In this document: positions 46,370-55,568 of the stretch, piece by piece
How positions within the stretch are numbered: position 1 is the first letter of the stretch
Layout: the number at the start of each line of letters is the position of its first letter
Origin: a virus
Lineage: Duplodnaviria > Caudoviricetes
IMG/VR virus record: IMGVR_UViG_3300031857_000007
Strand: one strand, 5' to 3'
Length of the DNA stretch: 64,000 bases
Made by a program: the position numbers and the translations under genes
Notes under the pieces: model-generated
Seen by the model: only the letters and a program-made list of their open reading frames with translations
Told to the model about the DNA's origin: nothing
The model's database searches: none

Positions 46370-46831
46370 TTATTTTTTATTCTTACCCCTGTAGGTGTCT
46401 GTTTGAGCGTGACAGTTGGGGCACAGGATGCGAAGGTTTTCTAAACGATTATCGTGATGGTTGCCGTTTATGTGGTCAAGTTCAATAGGTGCTGGTTTTC
46501 CATTCCACTCCGTTATACCACAGCACTCGCACTTATGTTGTTTGAGACCTTCTGCTATTAATCGTTTTTTAAATTTATGCGATTGGTGATATGAATTTTC
46601 AGTCAAATAATATTCAATAGGTTTTTTAGTGTAATCGTGTGTTTTTCCTCTTAAGTGTGCTTGCCCAGTAAAATGAGAATCATCAAGATTTAGAGTTTTT
46701 ATTCTTTTTTGAGCAACTTCATAGTTTCCACCTGCTTGTTTTAAATTAAGTTTGGATAAAACTTGTCTAATACTCGTGGAAGTTTTGACTGCCTCTATAA
46801 ATTGCTCATCAGTATATTTACGATTAGACAT
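46370..46831 (-). CDS. HNH homing endonuclease
   Basis: CECCG...IELDHINGNHHDNRLENLRILCPNCH; TATAAATA at 46855-46862 upstream. Confidence 0.9.
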   Translation of the reverse strand: MSNRKYTDEQFIEAVKTSTSIRQVLSKLNLKQAGGNYEVAQKRIKTLNLDDSHFTGQAHLRGKTHDYTKKPIEYYLTENSYHQSHKFKKRLIAEGLKQHKCECCGITEWNGKPAPIELDHINGNHHDNRLENLRILCPNCHAQTDTYRGKNKK

Positions 46832-46879
46832 AACTTAAACGGAAAACTCATTATTATTTATATTGCTATGTCTTTTAAG

Positions 46880-46954
46880 TAGCGGTGGCGAGATTCGAAC
46901 TCGCACTGTATTGATTTTAAGTCAACTGCCTGCTGCCGATTGGGCTACACCGCC
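46880..46954 (-). tRNA. trnL: tRNA-Leu(UAA) with a short variable loop
   Basis: Cloverleaf GGCGGTG...CACCGCT-A; anticodon loop CT-TAA-AA; T-arm GCGAG-TTCGAAT-CTCGC; no encoded CCA. Confidence 0.9.
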
Positions 46955-46963
46955 AATAAGACC

Positions 46964-46992
46964 ATTATAACTCAAAGAGTTGTAGTGGTCAA
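46964..46992 (-). promoter_or_regulatory. Sigma70 promoter for tRNA-Leu
   Basis: TTGACC-17 nt-TATAAT between the two tRNA genes. Confidence 0.7.
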
Positions 46993-46993
46993 G

Positions 46994-47067
46994 TGCTCGT
47001 TGAGAGAATCGAACTCTTCCTACGGCGCTTTATGAGAACGCTGCCTTCACCAGATGGCTAAACGAGC
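46994..47067 (-). tRNA. tRNA with CAU anticodon (elongator Met or lysidine Ile2; not resolved)
   Basis: GCTCGTT/AACGAGC acceptor stem; loop CT-CAT-AA; TTCGATT T-loop. Confidence 0.85.
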
Positions 47068-47096
47068 ATTCGCTATTCGCAAATAAAGAATAGCAA

Positions 47097-47184
47097 TACG
47101 AGTGCCTGGATTCGAACCAGGTCAAAGCCGCTAATCTGGCGGAAAGAGTTTATAAGACTCCTCTGACTACCAAGTCTCACTCGC
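47097..47184 (-). tRNA. Atypical tRNA with UAU anticodon (Ile by anticodon) and a long variable arm
   Basis: GCGAGTG/CACTCGT-A acceptor; GACT-TGGT-AGTC D-arm; GGAGT-CTTATAA-ACTCT anticodon arm; CCGC-CAGATTA-GCGG variable arm; CCTGG-TTCGAAT-CCAGG T-arm. Confidence 0.75.
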
Positions 47185-47192
47185 TTCTGCGT

Positions 47193-47366
47193 TTATGATG
47201 CCTCGTTATTATACTCAGTGTGTATTCGTATGAGGTCATCATCGGCAGGTATCATAACTGCTGCTCTACCATTCTCGTCTACTATACCTAAACTCTCTCC
47301 GTTTTCCACTCTTTCAATTAGTTCGTCAAAACGTTCTTGAAACTCTGCCACTGTGAAAACTTCCAT
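47193..47366 (-). CDS. Phd/YefM-like antitoxin-fold protein (57 aa)
   Basis: Manual translation MEVFTVAEFQERFDELIERVENGESLGIVDENGRAAVMIPADDDLIRIHTEYNNEAS; TATAAATA at 47380-47387. Confidence 0.65.
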   Translation of the reverse strand: MEVFTVAEFQERFDELIERVENGESLGIVDENGRAAVMIPADDDLIRIHTEYNNEAS

Positions 47367-47395
47367 TCGGTTTTTTCGATATTTATACTATAGCA

Positions 47396-47596
47396 TCACT
47401 GCCCATAAATGGCAAGATCAGCATACTCAATCTGCTCAGGGTCAAGTTGAGCGGTGACAACTTCCAACACATTCATAAACTCTTCTACAGTATCACACTC
47501 AACCAAACGCTCGCTGCCCTGGTCGCTGAGGAGAAGGAAGGTGCGGGTGCATACATCAATCACAATGCCCTGGACGGTTTCTTGTGCAGTGCTCAT
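47396..47596 (-). CDS. Hypothetical protein
   Basis: 66 aa behind a consensus promoter. Confidence 0.75.
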   Translation of the reverse strand: MSTAQETVQGIVIDVCTRTFLLLSDQGSERLVECDTVEEFMNVLEVVTAQLDPEQIEYADLAIYGQ

Positions 47597-47622
47597 GGGG
47601 TGGTTTCGTCGATTACCCCCAT

Positions 47623-47651
47623 ATTATAGGGCAGCTGGGGGCGGGTGTCAA
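47623..47651 (-). promoter_or_regulatory. Consensus sigma70 promoter
   Basis: TTGACA-17 nt-TATAAT. Confidence 0.85.
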
Positions 47652-47995
47652 GGGGTTTGGTCGGTCGATCCTTCAATTATATTCATAGGGTTATCCATAG
47701 GTCTTATCTGTGCTGGCACAACTCCTTGTTGAAGGGCTGAAATATAAAGTTGTTGATTTTGTTGGTTTGCCCTTACAACTTCATTTCTAAAACTTTCTAC
47801 TGCTCCTCCAGTTTGATTTGATTTTTGTGCGATTTCTACTGCCATAAAAGGCATCCAAGCAACAGCACAACCCCACTCATCCACTGGTTCTCCGGTGTTA
47901 GGATTTGTCCCTCTCATTTGAGTATACCAAGAACACTTAAGTCCGATACAATCTTTTTTAATCAGTGGGCAAAAGTTGCCTGGTTTGATTTTCAT
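47648..47995 (-). CDS. Cys-containing hypothetical protein in the tail-fibre cluster
   Basis: CPLIKKDCIGLKCSW...WGCAVAW. Confidence 0.7.
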   Translation of the reverse strand: MKIKPGNFCPLIKKDCIGLKCSWYTQMRGTNPNTGEPVDEWGCAVAWMPFMAVEIAQKSNQTGGAVESFRNEVVRANQQNQQLYISALQQGVVPAQIRPMDNPMNIIEGSTDQTP

Positions 47996-48002
47996 TTTAT
48001 TA

Positions 48003-48476
48003 TCAATAAGTAGGTTTTATTGGCCAATTTGAGTCGGTTGGATTTACAACAAGTTGTTTGGGGTCCGTAATACTTTCTGGTAAATCTCTCAATAATTGAC
48101 GGTAATTTTTCCAAGAAATTTTTTGTTCTTCAGTAAATGAAACATCAGACATTTGAGTCCAATCGCAATCAGACAATCTTTGATTTCTCAAAACTCTCAA
48201 CTCTTCCCAATAGTCTCTTGCTGCTTCAATTGCATCAAGTTCATCTTGAAGAATTTTCTTTTCATTATTAAAATCTGCAACTGCCTGTTCAAAAATTCCA
48301 AGATTTTCTATTCTTTCATTTGGTGTTTCATCATTATACTCTACTTCACCCCAAGTATCATACCATTGAAGAGCATGAACATTTGATGGAATCCAGTTTA
48401 AATCTTGTTGAATATCGAGTAGTCCATTATTATCAATCGCAATATATTTGTCTCCAGGAATAATCGTGAGTCTCAT
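48003..48476 (-). CDS. Tail fibre assembly chaperone-like protein
   Basis: LRVLRNQRLSDCDWTQMSDV...WKNYRQLLRDLP. Confidence 0.75.
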   Translation of the reverse strand: MRLTIIPGDKYIAIDNNGLLDIQQDLNWIPSNVHALQWYDTWGEVEYNDETPNERIENLGIFEQAVADFNNEKKILQDELDAIEAARDYWEELRVLRNQRLSDCDWTQMSDVSFTEEQKISWKNYRQLLRDLPESITDPKQLVVNPTDSNWPIKPTY

Positions 48477-48560
48477 TATTCTCCTTCAGGTAATTTTTTA
48501 ATGTAATATTGATTCACAATGACAAAATATTCAGTAATTAAATTAACTAAGTATATAGTA

Positions 48561-49712
48561 TCAATTTCTAGAAGCAATAATTAAATCTACATATTGAACT
48601 GCAAAGTCCATTGATGCCCCAGAGAATGATGCAGATCCACTCCATGATGGGTTTGTAAATGTGTGACTGTGAGCATTCATTGAAACGGAACCAGACCAGG
48701 ATGGATTAGTAAATCCGTGACCATGAGCGCCACTTCCGCCAGTAGCAGCAGTAGATGGAGTAACAAGAACTTGAGTACCACCCCCAGCAAATCCTTGACT
48801 TCCACCACCTCCATTATCAATAAGAAAAGTTCCTGTAGTAGTACCATGACTATGTGATGGCATCTCCGCAGTAGACAGAGTAGTATTGCTTACACCTCCA
48901 CCAGAGTTAGATCCAGAAACAGAACCAGTAACAGTTGTGTTTGCAATACTTCCTCCACTATTAGAACCAGAAACACTCACAGACCCTGATGGAGTTCTTG
49001 ATGCGAACACTGAAGTAAATGCTGTACTTCCACCAGAACCAGCAGCACCACTCACCACTCTCAATGTTTTATCATTATGTGTTGTTTGTTTTGTCCATCC
49101 AGTCGGTGCTGCTGTTTGTTGAAACAACATTAATGTTCCTGATGGAAATGTTTGTGTAGAATATGTAGTAGAATCAACTGATCCGTCTGCTTTTAAAAAT
49201 TGACTTGAAGTTCCTCCAGATTTAACAAAAGAACCTGCGGTAAGTGCATTTGTGCTGGGATTATAAGTTAGATCTGCATCAACTTTAACAAGATTATTTC
49301 CAGAAGTAGCATCAACAAAAGTTAAGTATCTCGAAGCATTTGTTGAATCTAAATTAATTCCAATAGAAGTTGCAGATCCAACGTTTGCGGCTGATGCATT
49401 AATCCAAGCAGTCTTTGTTCCATCAGAAGATAAAATTTGTCCAGATGATCCAAAAGTATTACTACCATCAAAATATTTTCCAATAATTCGAATATCTTGA
49501 AATGTAGAAATACCACTTGAAGTTATATTTCCAGTCACATTGCCAAGTATATCGCCGGTAATATCGCCAGTTAAATTACCAATTACATTGCCGGTAATAT
49601 CGCCAGTTAAATTACCAATTACATTGCCAGTTAGATCTCCTGATATACCCGCATATGCATTAATTTTTTCATTGAAAAAAGTTTCTTGCCCGAAATATTG
49701 ACTGTTGCTCAT
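48561..49712 (-). CDS. Tail fibre-like protein
   Basis: 383 aa; GDITGNVIGNLT repeats; FPSGTLMLFQQTAAPTGWTK collar-like motif. Confidence 0.7.
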   Translation of the reverse strand: MSNSQYFGQETFFNEKINAYAGISGDLTGNVIGNLTGDITGNVIGNLTGDITGDILGNVTGNITSSGISTFQDIRIIGKYFDGSNTFGSSGQILSSDGTKTAWINASAANVGSATSIGINLDSTNASRYLTFVDATSGNNLVKVDADLTYNPSTNALTAGSFVKSGGTSSQFLKADGSVDSTTYSTQTFPSGTLMLFQQTAAPTGWTKQTTHNDKTLRVVSGAAGSGGSTAFTSVFASRTPSGSVSVSGSNSGGSIANTTVTGSVSGSNSGGGVSNTTLSTAEMPSHSHGTTTGTFLIDNGGGGSQGFAGGGTQVLVTPSTAATGGSGAHGHGFTNPSWSGSVSMNAHSHTFTNPSWSGSASFSGASMDFAVQYVDLIIASRN

Positions 49713-50284
49713 GATATTGCATCAACGACCGTGTTAATTACGTTGCCAACAATTCCACTTACCGCATTATCAATAAAGTCAATACCAACAAAACTTCCAG
49801 AGAAAACTTTTTTTGTAAAATCAATTCCAAGTAAAGAAGGAATGTTTCCACTAGTTCCTTTTATGTCTACTCGTTGACCATCAATCATGATGCGACCAGC
49901 ACCACTCTTCATTGTGATATTTCTTCCTGCTTTGAAATGAATATCTTCTTCTGCTTCAATCATAATATTGGTCGCATACAAACGAACCATTCCGTTTGCT
50001 GATATGGAAACATTTCCATTGTTACCAATGATTACAACGTCTTCTCTTCCTTCAGGATTTTTAGAACCGCCAGAAATTTGAATGGTTTGGTCATTGTAAA
50101 TTGAAAATAACCCACCACTACTTAAACTAATTGAAGATTGGTTATCTCCACTATCAGTGACACCATAAATTTTATACACATCCGTACCACTCAACCCCAT
50201 CTGAGGGTTTGCAGTATCAATCCTGAAGTTTGGATTAAAACTAATAAGTTGTCTTTTAAAAATGTTTTTATCTCTTTCTGCCAT
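49709..50284 (-). CDS. Hypothetical protein downstream of gp5, possibly spike-associated
   Basis: 191 aa with short beta-repeat-like segments. Confidence 0.55.
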   Translation of the reverse strand: MAERDKNIFKRQLISFNPNFRIDTANPQMGLSGTDVYKIYGVTDSGDNQSSISLSSGGLFSIYNDQTIQISGGSKNPEGREDVVIIGNNGNVSISANGMVRLYATNIMIEAEEDIHFKAGRNITMKSGAGRIMIDGQRVDIKGTSGNIPSLLGIDFTKKVFSGSFVGIDFIDNAVSGIVGNVINTVVDAIS

Positions 50285-50285
50285 T

Positions 50286-52301
50286 TTATATCGGGCAATC
50301 TATGGATGTTTGCACCTCTTGTGCAAAAAGATTTGCTGAATTGGGAGAATTAGGATCTGCATCCGGAGAAGCAGGAATAGGTCCAGTCTCTTTGAGTGCT
50401 CCTATGACGGGGCGTAAAATTGCTCCAAATCCAGTATCTGATTCTATGTTAAGTCTAGGTAGACTATCGACGATATTATTTAGAGGAATGACTTGAGAGA
50501 TACGACCATCAACAATCTGAGAGTTGTATTCATTTCCAAGATTGTCAGTGACAACTGCATCTTCATATCCACCTCCACCATCTTCAACCAATACTCGCAA
50601 GACAGAAAACTCTGCAAGGTTACCAACAGAATAATTTTCACCCTCAGAAACCATATAAATGGATTCAACTTGACCACTATCATTAATAAGTGCTCTTGCT
50701 ACTGCACCATATCCTTGATCTGCATCATCAATAATTTCAACAAATGGCGAATAAGCATAACCAGATCCAGGATTCGTCAATTGAACTCCAATGATACTTG
50801 CAGTTGTATTCCCATCCGGATTTGTTACAAGATTTCCAAAGATAGGAATTGCAGATGCTCCAGATCCACGCCCACCAAAAATGTTGATAACTGGCGGGCT
50901 TGCAAATTGTAGAGCACCTGTAAAGCATTCTGTTACGGAATTAATGTCTACACCAGAACTAATGATATTTGTAATATCTCTAATGTTTCCATAAGTATTA
51001 ACCAGAGAAGATGCAGTTGATGAAACCGAACCGGAAGGTCCTCCACCAACCGTCCACTCATTTACAAGTCCTTTGTAATTATCTAAACTTTGATTGCAGG
51101 CAAATCCAGCACCAAATTCAGACAACAACCCAATCGCTTCTCTCAAAATGTTTCCCAAATTGAAATTAGAGAAGAATTGAAGAAGTTTCTCAACTGCCGA
51201 CAAGGGACCATCAAATAAAGTTTCAAGCACACCAATGATTGAATTTAACAATGTGCCAGCAAATTGATCTGCAGCACAACTTACAAAGCGGTCTACATTA
51301 TTGACGGTGGAGTTTAGAATATCGAATACTAAACTCTTCATACTTTCAATTGCAGCACCAGCAATACATCCAAATGCTTCTTCAAGTGCCTTAACTGGCA
51401 AAACCATTGTTTCTTGTGCAGCGACACCGGCAAGATGTGCTGCAACTGGATTACCAGTGGCTGCAAGAACTTGAGAAAAAACTAGTTTGTAAAGCAAATC
51501 CAATCCTTGTTTTAAAAGACCTATTAGACCAGGAAAATCTTCATTTCCATAAATTAAAAAATTAAAAAGTCCACCAATCAAATCATTGCATAAAGTAACA
51601 ATTTTATTTGCTGCTTCACGAATTGTTTGCGCTATTTTTTCTACGTTTCCTTGAAGATTTTTTAATTTACGAAGAAGATTTTTGACAATTGATTTGATTT
51701 TATCAACTCTTGTATTCTTAACAGTATTTGCTAATGGAATTTGGTTTCCAATTGCAAAGTTTTCAGAAAATACTTGATATCCAACTCTCTGTGCTATTTC
51801 TGCTGCTTGCTCTTCAGTGACGCTTGCAGGCGATGGATTGGAATTTTCTTTTACTTCATTTGATTGAATTGGAGTAACTTTTGCCTTTTCAACTTTACTA
51901 GAATATCCAGTAAAAGGAACAAATGGCGACTGATAAGTTTTTGAGGGAACAGAAAAACTTCTGCCAAATGTTGCCAGAATTACAGGAATTTGAGCATTAT
52001 CGCCATCCAAAAAGAATCCAAGAACAGTATCGCCTGGTTGAAGTTGCACACCAGTCGCTACATTTGCAGCACCACTTCCTGCTGTAGTTGGAATTAAACA
52101 TTGTGCCCAAGGAAGGTCTTCATTAGGAAGTTCTGCTTCACTATAAGGATGATAACCAATAATTCTTACTTTAAATCTATTTCCCCATCCCTTACCATCT
52201 ACTTGACCATTCATATCCTCGATAGGAGGAATCTGTCCAATCCACCATCGAAAACCGTCTCTACCGATAAAATTACTTTTAAGAAGTGATTCGTCTATCA
52301 T
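50286..52301 (-). CDS. gp5: Baseplate hub subunit gp5-like (OB-fold N-terminus)
   Basis: FRWWIGQI...RFKVRIIGYHP...DLPWAQCLIP...VLGFFLDGDNAQIPVILATF. Confidence 0.8.
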   Translation of the reverse strand: MIDESLLKSNFIGRDGFRWWIGQIPPIEDMNGQVDGKGWGNRFKVRIIGYHPYSEAELPNEDLPWAQCLIPTTAGSGAANVATGVQLQPGDTVLGFFLDGDNAQIPVILATFGRSFSVPSKTYQSPFVPFTGYSSKVEKAKVTPIQSNEVKENSNPSPASVTEEQAAEIAQRVGYQVFSENFAIGNQIPLANTVKNTRVDKIKSIVKNLLRKLKNLQGNVEKIAQTIREAANKIVTLCNDLIGGLFNFLIYGNEDFPGLIGLLKQGLDLLYKLVFSQVLAATGNPVAAHLAGVAAQETMVLPVKALEEAFGCIAGAAIESMKSLVFDILNSTVNNVDRFVSCAADQFAGTLLNSIIGVLETLFDGPLSAVEKLLQFFSNFNLGNILREAIGLLSEFGAGFACNQSLDNYKGLVNEWTVGGGPSGSVSSTASSLVNTYGNIRDITNIISSGVDINSVTECFTGALQFASPPVINIFGGRGSGASAIPIFGNLVTNPDGNTTASIIGVQLTNPGSGYAYSPFVEIIDDADQGYGAVARALINDSGQVESIYMVSEGENYSVGNLAEFSVLRVLVEDGGGGYEDAVVTDNLGNEYNSQIVDGRISQVIPLNNIVDSLPRLNIESDTGFGAILRPVIGALKETGPIPASPDADPNSPNSANLFAQEVQTSIDCPI

Positions 52302-52304
52302 TTA

Positions 52305-53666
52305 TTATGCCTTCTTGTTAATTCCAAAAGTGTCTCTGATTAATTTCATAGAAGTATATGAACGATTCGCATCAAAGTGATGACACAATTCCTTAATCAT
52401 ATATAGACCACTCGTTTCAGTGTCATATTCCTTCGCGTCCGATTGTGTAATCTTTGGAAAACGACATTCAACTACGTCTCCAGCTCTTAAGTTTGTATTG
52501 GATGGTACAATAATACTCAAAGTTTGAGTAAACAGAATATTATATCTCATTAAAGATTGAGATTGATATAAAGTTTGGTCAGAGTTAATTTTTGAAGAAA
52601 CTTCCAAACTAGTTGCAGGATTCAATGTCCCCACATCATAAACTGCAGTAATAATTCTAGTTGGTACATCTCCCAGTGTTAAATCAGAACCATCAGATAG
52701 TGGTGGTAGTTTAATTTGACTGCCAAGATTATTTGACTTTCCAGCATAATCTTCAAGTTTAAACTTTCCTTCTTCTGGTTTAGAGAATGAAAAATCTAGT
52801 GGATTGAAAAACATTCGATGACTTGCATAAGTGCCAAGTTTAAGTTTTTCAATTAGATTTTGATTTTTCTCGATGTAATAATTTAAAATTCTAAAATCAT
52901 TATTAACCTTGTCGTCATTTTCATCATATGCCTGATTGACCTGATTATAAGTATAAACAACACGGGTATCGTTTATATCTGTTCTGGGTGGTTGTGTAAT
53001 CAATCCATCAACAGATCTAAATTGAAATCCATCCTGTGTTTGATAGAATAAAAATCCAGCAGTTGCACTTCCAGAAGATTGAGGAACTGCCTTTGATGCT
53101 AACCAGACTAAAAGAGTAAAGGGTTTCCTCAAATTCCCTATAAATCCATATTTGTTTGAGGATTTATCAATTGCACCTATTTTTTCGGTTTTAAGATAAT
53201 TTGTTAAGATATTTTCTACAGAATCACTAATTGCACTATCAACCTTAAACTTTTTACCAACTCGTACAGTTTCATTTGTGATTGCTTCTCTAGAAACCAA
53301 GTGAAGTGTAAAACTTTCTTGATTGGTTTCCGAAATTACATCAGTGATACTTGAAACATATAAGTAATCTGCAACTCTTTTTGTAAAATCTAGTCCGGGA
53401 TTTGTTGCAGAGTTGCCTGCAATTTTCATCGAAACTCTTTCACCACCTCTTAAAGGAAGACCATTATAAATTGACTGCCTTCCGGTGCCATTCTCTGCAA
53501 CAATTGTGTTTCCGGTGTTGATGACTTTTATTTTTGCAGTAATAGTTGGAGAGAAAATATCCTCATAATAATCAATCGAAATAGCACCTGTTGAAATGTC
53601 AATCGTTCGACTACGGTCGCTCGATTCTAAAATTAACTCTTCATATATGGACTTTTGAATTGACAT
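52305..53666 (-). CDS. Baseplate hub protein, possibly gp27-like
   Basis: 453 aa; YYEDIFSP N-terminus; ending SGLYMIKELCHHF; adjacent to gp5. Confidence 0.5.
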   Translation of the reverse strand: MSIQKSIYEELILESSDRSRTIDISTGAISIDYYEDIFSPTITAKIKVINTGNTIVAENGTGRQSIYNGLPLRGGERVSMKIAGNSATNPGLDFTKRVADYLYVSSITDVISETNQESFTLHLVSREAITNETVRVGKKFKVDSAISDSVENILTNYLKTEKIGAIDKSSNKYGFIGNLRKPFTLLVWLASKAVPQSSGSATAGFLFYQTQDGFQFRSVDGLITQPPRTDINDTRVVYTYNQVNQAYDENDDKVNNDFRILNYYIEKNQNLIEKLKLGTYASHRMFFNPLDFSFSKPEEGKFKLEDYAGKSNNLGSQIKLPPLSDGSDLTLGDVPTRIITAVYDVGTLNPATSLEVSSKINSDQTLYQSQSLMRYNILFTQTLSIIVPSNTNLRAGDVVECRFPKITQSDAKEYDTETSGLYMIKELCHHFDANRSYTSMKLIRDTFGINKKA

Positions 53667-55567
53667 TATACGTATGCTAAATCTAAAAGAAGTTTATTCT
53701 TGATAAAGTTATTTAACAGTTGAAAATCACTGATTGGAGACGGTGACATATCTCCACCACCAGATGCAGGAGTAATGATATTCTGCTGTTGTTGAGGTTC
53801 AATAATCATAATGTCTTGACCCTTTCTTTCCGGTGTCAGTGATAATGGCACCATATTTGTTTGCTGTGGTGGTGCAGACATTTGCACTTCAGATGTTGTG
53901 TTAAATGGTGCAAATTTACTATATTTGTTTAGTGGGTCAAATTTACCAGTTAAAGTACCACCATTCCATCCAGTTCCAGTTTCCCAGTGCAAATGAGGTC
54001 CACTAGTTCTTCCACTCATTCCAACTTTGCCAATTACCTCACCTTTTTTAACTGGACCACTGCGTTTATATCCAGATTGCATATGCCCATATAAATGGTA
54101 AATTCCAAGATTATCTCTCATTACTAAAAAGTTTCCCCATCCGTTTTCATAATCAGAATCAACAATAACACCATCAGAAACAGCCCTTAATGAGGTGCCT
54201 TGTTTAACTGCTAAATCGGATCCACCATGTGTTCGTGTCCCCCTTAATTCCCCATACCTACTTGTTATAATTGGGGTAATTCCTCTAGATGAAACTGCCT
54301 GTGTAGATTGTTGAGAAGTCTGAGCGGGACCTCCTTTTCTTTGCATATCTAGAGCATCTCCCGCTGTTTCAGGTGATATACTAGCTCTATTTCTACCAAC
54401 ACCAGCATATCTAGATTGCCCACGAACTCTACCAGCTTCAGGATATTCTAGACCAACTGAAGCAAATTCTCTTGCCAATTGTTGAATAGCTAATCTTCTA
54501 TTATTTGATTTTCCATTAATATATGCACCAATTTCTGGTCTCTTTACATCAATCAAATAATCAAACAGTCTGTTTTGAGTTGCAGAATTAAACTTAGCAT
54601 TTAATGGAATTTTAGTATGTCTAACCGCACCAGCTAAAGTGACGGGAATAAATTGATATTTACCAACTGCAAAAACTCTATTTTCTTTTTGAGCTTGCAT
54701 AATTTCACCAACTGTCATATCAGTTAGGTTTTTGCCAAAAATAGATTTTGCACCACCTGGAGTATCACCAGCATTTCCCCTATTAACTGAATTAAGTCCA
54801 CCCTCACCCTTTACAACTAAGGATGCCAATTCGGGATATTTTGTCCCACCCCCTGAAGTCACGGTGCCACCACTGTAAGGTGGTGGTTCTGCATAAGCAC
54901 CTTCATTAGTTTGCTGTGTGCCCACTTCAGGAATCTTTTCTCCACTATACTTACCTTCTGTGAGTGGAGTTGTTAATAGTCCAAATGCTTCTTCAATTTG
55001 ACTTGTAAGGTTTTCCATCGTAAAGTTCAAATCACTCATTGCAGTTTTGACACGGTTTGAAGTATCAAAGAAATCAAACTGCAATAGATTTTGACCAAGT
55101 GCTCCTAAAATATTTCCAACATTAACAAACAATCTAATGGTGTTATTAAAAAATCCTGAAAGAATTTGACCTGCTTTTTGAATTCTTGCAACAAACTCTT
55201 TACCCATTGCAATCCAAGTCGGAAGATTATTCATCAACCACCCAGCAGATAAGTATCCAATAAATCCTAAAATTCGATTAAAAAACCCCCCCACGCCTGC
55301 TGATTGAGTAAGTTGTTGAGGACCACCAAGACTAATAGCAACTCTTGGCGCTTCAAGTTCATCCTCAAGCATCATTCTTTTTTCATTTTCTTCTCTTCTT
55401 TTTCTAAAAAGATTTGTCTGTGCAAATGATTCTCTTTTAACTTTAGTTCTTTTTAGAATAACCTGACCAATATTTTTTACAGAGCTTCGTGCTTCAGTGA
55501 CTTTCTTTTGAGAATCACTTGCCGAAGTCGTAACTTTTTTTAAATTTAGAGGAGATGCTACTACCAT
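53666..55567 (-). CDS. Virion-associated peptidoglycan hydrolase (lysozyme-like plus M23 peptidase domains)
   Basis: AVGKYQFIPVTL...FNSATQNRLF (lysozyme-like); HGGSDL...YGHM...GPHLHWE (M23). Confidence 0.75.
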   Translation of the reverse strand: MVVASPLNLKKVTTSASDSQKKVTEARSSVKNIGQVILKRTKVKRESFAQTNLFRKRREENEKRMMLEDELEAPRVAISLGGPQQLTQSAGVGGFFNRILGFIGYLSAGWLMNNLPTWIAMGKEFVARIQKAGQILSGFFNNTIRLFVNVGNILGALGQNLLQFDFFDTSNRVKTAMSDLNFTMENLTSQIEEAFGLLTTPLTEGKYSGEKIPEVGTQQTNEGAYAEPPPYSGGTVTSGGGTKYPELASLVVKGEGGLNSVNRGNAGDTPGGAKSIFGKNLTDMTVGEIMQAQKENRVFAVGKYQFIPVTLAGAVRHTKIPLNAKFNSATQNRLFDYLIDVKRPEIGAYINGKSNNRRLAIQQLAREFASVGLEYPEAGRVRGQSRYAGVGRNRASISPETAGDALDMQRKGGPAQTSQQSTQAVSSRGITPIITSRYGELRGTRTHGGSDLAVKQGTSLRAVSDGVIVDSDYENGWGNFLVMRDNLGIYHLYGHMQSGYKRSGPVKKGEVIGKVGMSGRTSGPHLHWETGTGWNGGTLTGKFDPLNKYSKFAPFNTTSEVQMSAPPQQTNMVPLSLTPERKGQDIMIIEPQQQQNIITPASGGGDMSPSPISDFQLLNNFIKNKLLLDLAYV

Positions 55568-55568
55568 A

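Noticed and set aside
36006-49712. Diversity-generating retroelement acting on the fibre genes
   Set aside because: No reverse transcriptase, and no template/variable repeat pair differing mainly at adenines. The repeats are in-frame tandem modules.
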